DNA of 64,000 nt from Raillietiella orientalis. Lineage: Eukaryota. The stretch is taken from contig JAYWIR010000004.1 of NCBI GenBank assembly GCA_036172245.1, positions 3,472,001 through 3,536,000 on the forward strand. The letters run 5' to 3'. Below, piece by piece: positions 58,901 through 64,000 of the stretch. The stretch's first letter is position 1. Each line of letters begins with the position of its first letter. Under the pieces are notes generated by a model that saw nothing but the letters and a program-made list of their open reading frames with translations, was not told where the DNA came from and did no database searches. A program made the translations under genes and the position numbers.

Positions 58901-61900
58901 TTGACCCTTCCCTTCCTTTCTCTTGTTCTCCGAGCACTTGAAAAAGCTGACTCTGCCAACATGCCCCTGGACAAGACGAAGGGGGAGGACTCCTTGAAAG
59001 CGATCTCGATGGCATGTAGGGGATGGTCAGATCTGAAGAGTCGCTCGAAGGAGGGAGATCCACTCGCACCCACCTAGTCCCTCTTACGGAAGCAGATGGG
59101 AGCGCGACCTCCGCCGCCATCACGAAGATTTCTCCCTCAGCTCCTGCTCCCAAGACTTCCGAGGAGCGAGCCTTTGCTTGGAGCGACGGCGGCGGGAGGA
59201 AGGAGTAGAGAAGAGACATTCAAGGACCCTACTCGCCCGGCTTGCACACATCAAACGAGAGGTGCGGGAGGGACTGCCTTCCCCGCTCTCCTATCCCTTC
59301 CCTGCTTTTTCTCTCCCCAAGAGACTTCCTGGCAAAGGGACGGAGGGGTAAGCTGGGAGCGAAGGCAGCGCCTTCCTCGTCAATTTTCGGAGAGCACGCC
59401 TAGAGCTTGGGAGTCTCTTCCTCCCCTCCCCCTCTCATGCCTGTTTGGGATCACTCGCAGAAGAGTTAAAGGGAGTTGTAGTGGAGGCGAGAGAGCGCCG
59501 GGGATGCCAGGTGGGCAGGAAGAAACAGGCGACAAGCAGAGCGACGGTGGCATCGCAAGTCATCCGGCTCTGTGTCCTCCTCCTCCTGTGCTCCCAGACC
59601 AAACAGACAGGAGGGACCATATGTTCTCTTCTCGAGGAAGGGTAAGGCCGTGCCACAAATGTCCTCCCCGAGAATAAGGCACTCGGAGCGTTGGGATGGA
59701 GGGAGGGGGCACACAGAGGGTGTCTCCTCCCTCCATCCCTGAGCTCACACCATCTCCGCTTCTCCATCTTCCTCCGTGGATTCAGGTGAAGAGAGAGACA
59801 TTTCCCCAGTCTTGGACGCAGCCTCTTTGCGAGACACACTAGTGCCACTCCAGAAATTCCCCTGCTCGCCATCCTTTTGGCTGTTTCGCTTCCGCTGCTG
59901 GGTGGATTCCGGAACTGCGCGCGAGGAGACCGAGAGGAGCTCTCTCGGACGAGAGAAGAGGGGCAGGAGAGAAGGGGAGCGGAAGGGAGGAAAAGGAAGA
60001 AGAGAAGAGGAAATGTCTTACCGAGGAGCCCGGGGACGAAGGAGAAGCAGTTGGTCAGCATAACGGCCCGGACGACGTCCAGCTCGGGGAAGACGACGAA
60101 GACGGCCAGGGCGATGCCCAGGGTGTGCAGCGTCTCAAAGGCGAAGACGGTCATCATCTCCGCCGCCTGGGGGACCTTGGCCGACTTGAAGATGCAGATC
60201 CTCGTGGCCCGTATCCACGTCCCGATCTCGGGAACGACATAGGCGAAGAACAGGCACCATATCCAGGCGGAGCGCTCGGAAAAAGGGATGGACGCCGACC
60301 ACTCCTTGTTGCGAGCTGTCCGGGGAGAGGAGAGATCGTGTCCAGGGCGTGCACCGGGAAGCTAGGGAGCAGGCGGAGAAAAAATGGGCCCACCTACGTT
60401 GTCTTCCCCGCTACCCAAAGCGAGTCTCGGTTGGACGTCTCCCTCAAGCAAGGAACGGGGAAAAAGTGGTAGGGGAGAGGGAAGCTGTCCCTTTGCAGCC
60501 TGAAAACCGGGACTGCTGGAACAATCGCTGTCCTCTCCCTTCCGAGAAAGACGAGTCGCTCCCATCTCCAGCCTCCCACGTCCGGCCTCCTCCCTCCCCT
60601 GCGCTTTCCTCCGTCCCCCACCACGACAAGACGGATGAAGGACGCGTAAACGTCGATTCCTCTTTCCTCCCTCCCTCCCTCGCGGTGGATCCGATTGGAC
60701 TGCCACGAGGAAGGCTCTGCCGCAGGAAGCTGGGACGAAGGCTCGCCGGGAGAGGTGGTCGGCGATCCCATAGATGGCCCGGCCTCAAAGCGACTTACTG
60801 GGCGGGATAGTGAGCCTGGGGCGAGGAAGGGACGGAAGGTCTGAACGACCATCATCCTGGACGTGGCTCTCGCAATAGCAGCCCGGCAAAAGAATCTTTC
60901 CGTCCCCCATCCCACCAGTTGTCCTCGTCCTCGCCACGGAGCGGGAGAAGGGGGTAAGGGGAAGAAGGGAAGAAGAGCTCGTGGGACACTTCAAACCCCA
61001 CTCCCTCCTCCTCTTCCCACGACTCCGGGAGACTCCTCGAGAATGACTCCAACAACCTCGTCTGCTGGATCTCGGGGTCCCTGAGACCACGGAAATGCTT
61101 TTACGTGACAGAACGGTGGTCGACTTTCAAGGAGAGAGTGAGAGACACCTCTTCGACGCGAAGTGGGAGGAGGAACTGAGGCCACCTTGCGTGCATTCCC
61201 CCTTCCCCTCGAAGGTATCGGGATGGAAGCCAACTCCCTCCTGAGAAACAGAGCCCTCTCCTCGTGAGGACAAAAGGGGAAGGGTGCAACAGTTTTCTCC
61301 TCCCACGGTGTTCTTCTCGGCTGAAATCCCTCCAGATTATCCCATGAATGCCCTCAGCTTGGTGTATTTCCGTGGCGTGTTCCCCCTCCTCATCCTCCAC
61401 CATCTCCGAGCTCCTAGGTGACCCGCTAGACCTCAGAACCGTCTTCAATCCTGATTCATCCTCTTCTCGAGCGCTCCCCTCTAGTTTCCCAAACGGGCTC
61501 TCCCGGGATGAGAGCAGAGTGAGAATCCTTCTCAGATTTCCCTTTCCCCTATCTTCTCCGTCCTCCCTTCGAGGAAAGAAGGAATCTTCATGCTCCACAG
61601 CATCCCCATCTTCCCTTCGTCTAGAGCTTCGCCCCTTCCTTCTCATGTTCCACGTATCCTCGGCCAGAAGTCATCAGGGATTCTTTTGCTCGCTGGGGCT
61701 TCTCCGGACATGTGAACTATCAAAGCAACCTCTTCCTCCGTCTTGGAGACACCTCTTGGATCCAGAGTCCTAGGAGAAGGACGAGCTGAGGGAGAAGCGG
61801 CAGTAGCAGGAACGCGGGCAAGCCGACCACCTTCACACAGCGTTCCGACAAAAAGTTGGGCCCCTTCCGCCCCTCCAGGATGCTGAGCTCAGCTCCTTCG

Positions 61901-64000
61901 CCTGCGGACCATGGGCAGACGCGAGAGGGCAAGGTCAACGACCCTCACAGAGGGGGCAGTGACTTGTGTTCCCGAATTCGGCACGCACACAGGGGTGGAG
62001 TGGGGTGTATCAGGGCCACTCCCTTCCCAAGAATGGGCAGCATCTTCAGTAGATCACGTCGGACGCGGCGAGTGGAAGGCACGGTCGATTTCCACGGAGC
62101 CGCGAGCTCACGTGTCCTCTCTCCCGCAAGGAGAGTAAGTGCCGCGGGCTCGGATTCTCCAGCAGGTCCTCCTGATAGGAGCCGTGGGCAGGCGCGCGCC
62201 TGCCGTTGCGCGGCAGAGGCTCACACGTGGCAGGGGGGGGTTGCGCTCTGTGAGCCTGCTAGGGAGGGCACGTATCTTCGCGCGCTAATCATGGGTGTCG
62301 CCGCTCTCGAGCTCCGCCGACCACCACGCGCCCGAATGCCGAGATGCTTCTGGGCCTCTCGGCGGTGATGGGAAGCGCCAGTTTCTGGAAGGAACCGGGT
62401 CGCAAGCACCATCCGAGACCAAGACGGGATTTATGAACTGACGTTGAGGGCCATCAGTTCCCTTCCCCTCGTCCCCGATAGGTCATCCGGAGAACGGATG
62501 AGTCCCTGAGAAACCAATACGGTTTCCTCTTCTGGTCGAGAGCCACCTGCAGTCTCTCTGCTCTTTCCTGTGCGTTCCTTGGCTCGAACCAGAAACTGGC
62601 AGTTCCTTTCCCATGGACAGTGATCACCCACGCTCCTCTTCGACGTGCTCTTGACCCCTCCATTCCACCCTGGGACTCTCACTCCCCCCCCACCAGCTGC
62701 CCGACATCTACCCAGAGAGACCCGTTTCCGTTTCACACAGGAAGAGGACATGGAAGGACTCGACTCTTTCCATTCCAGTTGGACGTGGAACTGCTGGAAG
62801 CTGGTGGTAATGGAGACAGAGAACCGACGGTCTTGACCCCAGCCGTTCGGCAAGTGGAGGGTGCGCGCGATAAGAAAGCTGCGAGTAACCGTCACCATGC
62901 AGTCCCAGAAAAAGCGTCTTTCCGGTCCAGACCTTGGGAATGAACGGTACTCACCCAGGAAGTGGTTGCAATAAGGAACCCGCCGATTCGGTTTGAGCTG
63001 GGAGGTCATCAGGAGCACCATCCCTTTGGACGCTACCCCCGCTGCCAGGACAACGATGAAGGTGATGATGTACGTAATGAACTTCAGGACTTTGATCGTG
63101 ATTTCCACGCATCTCTGACTGGCCATCGATCCGCTGTCGACCTCGGGGGGCAGGATGCGGAAGACGTCCCAGCCTTTCGTTTCGGTGACGTTTCGGCGGC
63201 TGAAATCACGTGAGTTTGATCACGACGCCTTGGGGGCGGCGGTCAGCACGAGTTTTCTTTTTGCACTCCACCCTGCAGGCGCTGCCTTTAGACCCTTCGA
63301 CCCCTGAGGTCGTGTTCCCCACCGTATCCGCATGGTCAGGCTCTCGCATGGTTGCATAAAGGTGGCTCTAGTCTCCGCAACCTCCCGTATACGGAGACTG
63401 GTGCCACTTCCGCCTTTCCCAAGAGTGAAAGCAGCGGGATACTGGGGAGAAAAACGAAGAAAAAAAAGAAGAGAGAGAGATTGGGGGAAGGAAGGGCCAC
63501 AGGGTGAGCTCCATGCGGACTTCCCCGTTCATGTCTCCTGCTTCTCCCTTATAACCATCGAACCTCCGTGTGTTGGTTCTTCGTTCCTGAAGCAAAATGC
63601 TTCTTTTCTTCTGTTTCTCACTCTCGGAAGCGACATCCGGACGCTCGTCGCCAGTGGATTATCGCTGGTGGTCCTCTCGAGATCCTCAACGTTTGCTCTG
63701 CAGAAGCAACCGACTCTCGCCTATGCACGTGTCCATCTGATGTCTGCTGCTCCTGTCGGATCATTCCCACAACATGAAAGACGAGTCCCGAGGGAGAAGA
63801 AGGGAGGAGGGGGGGAGACATGATGTGATGGCACATGCACGAAGTTTGCGAGTCCTGGTGGCTCGTCCCCGCTTGAGCTGGCAACCAGCGGGACGGAAGG
63901 CTAGCAGCCCAGATTCAGACACTTCGGTCCGTTAGTCCTGAGCCAACCCGTCATCGTACCTGAGTCTCCTCGTGCGCTGGTCTCCCAGTGGAGAGAGCGC
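52922..64000 (-). CDS. CHS1: Chitin synthase (arthropod CHS1/CHS-A, krotzkopf verkehrt-like), 5'-partial, 21 exons visible, >1540 aa
   Basis: Exons 5'->3': >64000-63960 (tentative, phase fits), 63199-62955, 60315-60022, 58758-58552, 58390-58188, 58103-57738, 57670-57482, 57409-57130, 56980-56718, 56578-56368, 56290-56090, 55997-55771, 55699-55532, 55434-55129, 55024-54798 (or 54801), 54659-54514, 54397-54237, 54162-53986, 53865-53701, 53578-53347, 53241-52922. Sum 4629 nt, in frame. Motifs ETKGWDVF, CATMWHET, RHRKRWSQ, LDGDID, QKFEY, CSPGCFSLFR, GEDRW, QRRRW, TWGTRE all intact. Confidence 0.97.

Noticed and set aside
62760..62880. GQDRRFSVSIT resembling the start of the next chitin synthase exon (possible alternative exon)
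   Set aside because: The similarity is a few residues only, with no convincing acceptor and no downstream AWIW motif.

Overview
Eukaryotic, intron-containing arthropod DNA (species not determinable; the single-copy 177-nt chitin synthase exon hints at a non-insect lineage). Most long ORFs in the supplied track are artefacts of very high GC content. Three spliced genes can be reconstructed by hand with consistent GT-AG phases. (1) An expanded/FRMD6-like FERM protein of the Hippo pathway (+, 7277-11544, 7 exons, 982 aa). (2) PTPMT1 phosphatase (+, 43947-44617, 4 exons, 178 aa, introns of only 40-51 nt). (3) A chitin synthase (-, >64000-52922, 21 exons visible, >1540 aa, 5' end outside the window). 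A decayed L1/Tx1-type non-LTR retrotransposon (~29150-32660, +) abuts an inverted, internally deleted copy of the same family (~32700-33556, -). The window is a compositional mosaic: GC/CpG-rich flanks surround an AT-rich core (~37-50.7 kb) that contains a nearly CpG-free 2-kb block. The most notable signals are regulatory. Two dense clusters of TEAD/Scalloped motifs bracket expanded (a candidate Hippo feedback enhancer pair). Expanded also has a variant Slimb degron, a triplet-repeat leader with an overlapping uORF, and a perfect hairpin after its stop codon. I found no evidence of a wholly novel multi-gene system. Unexplained coding-like stretches are listed at low confidence. All counts are by eye.
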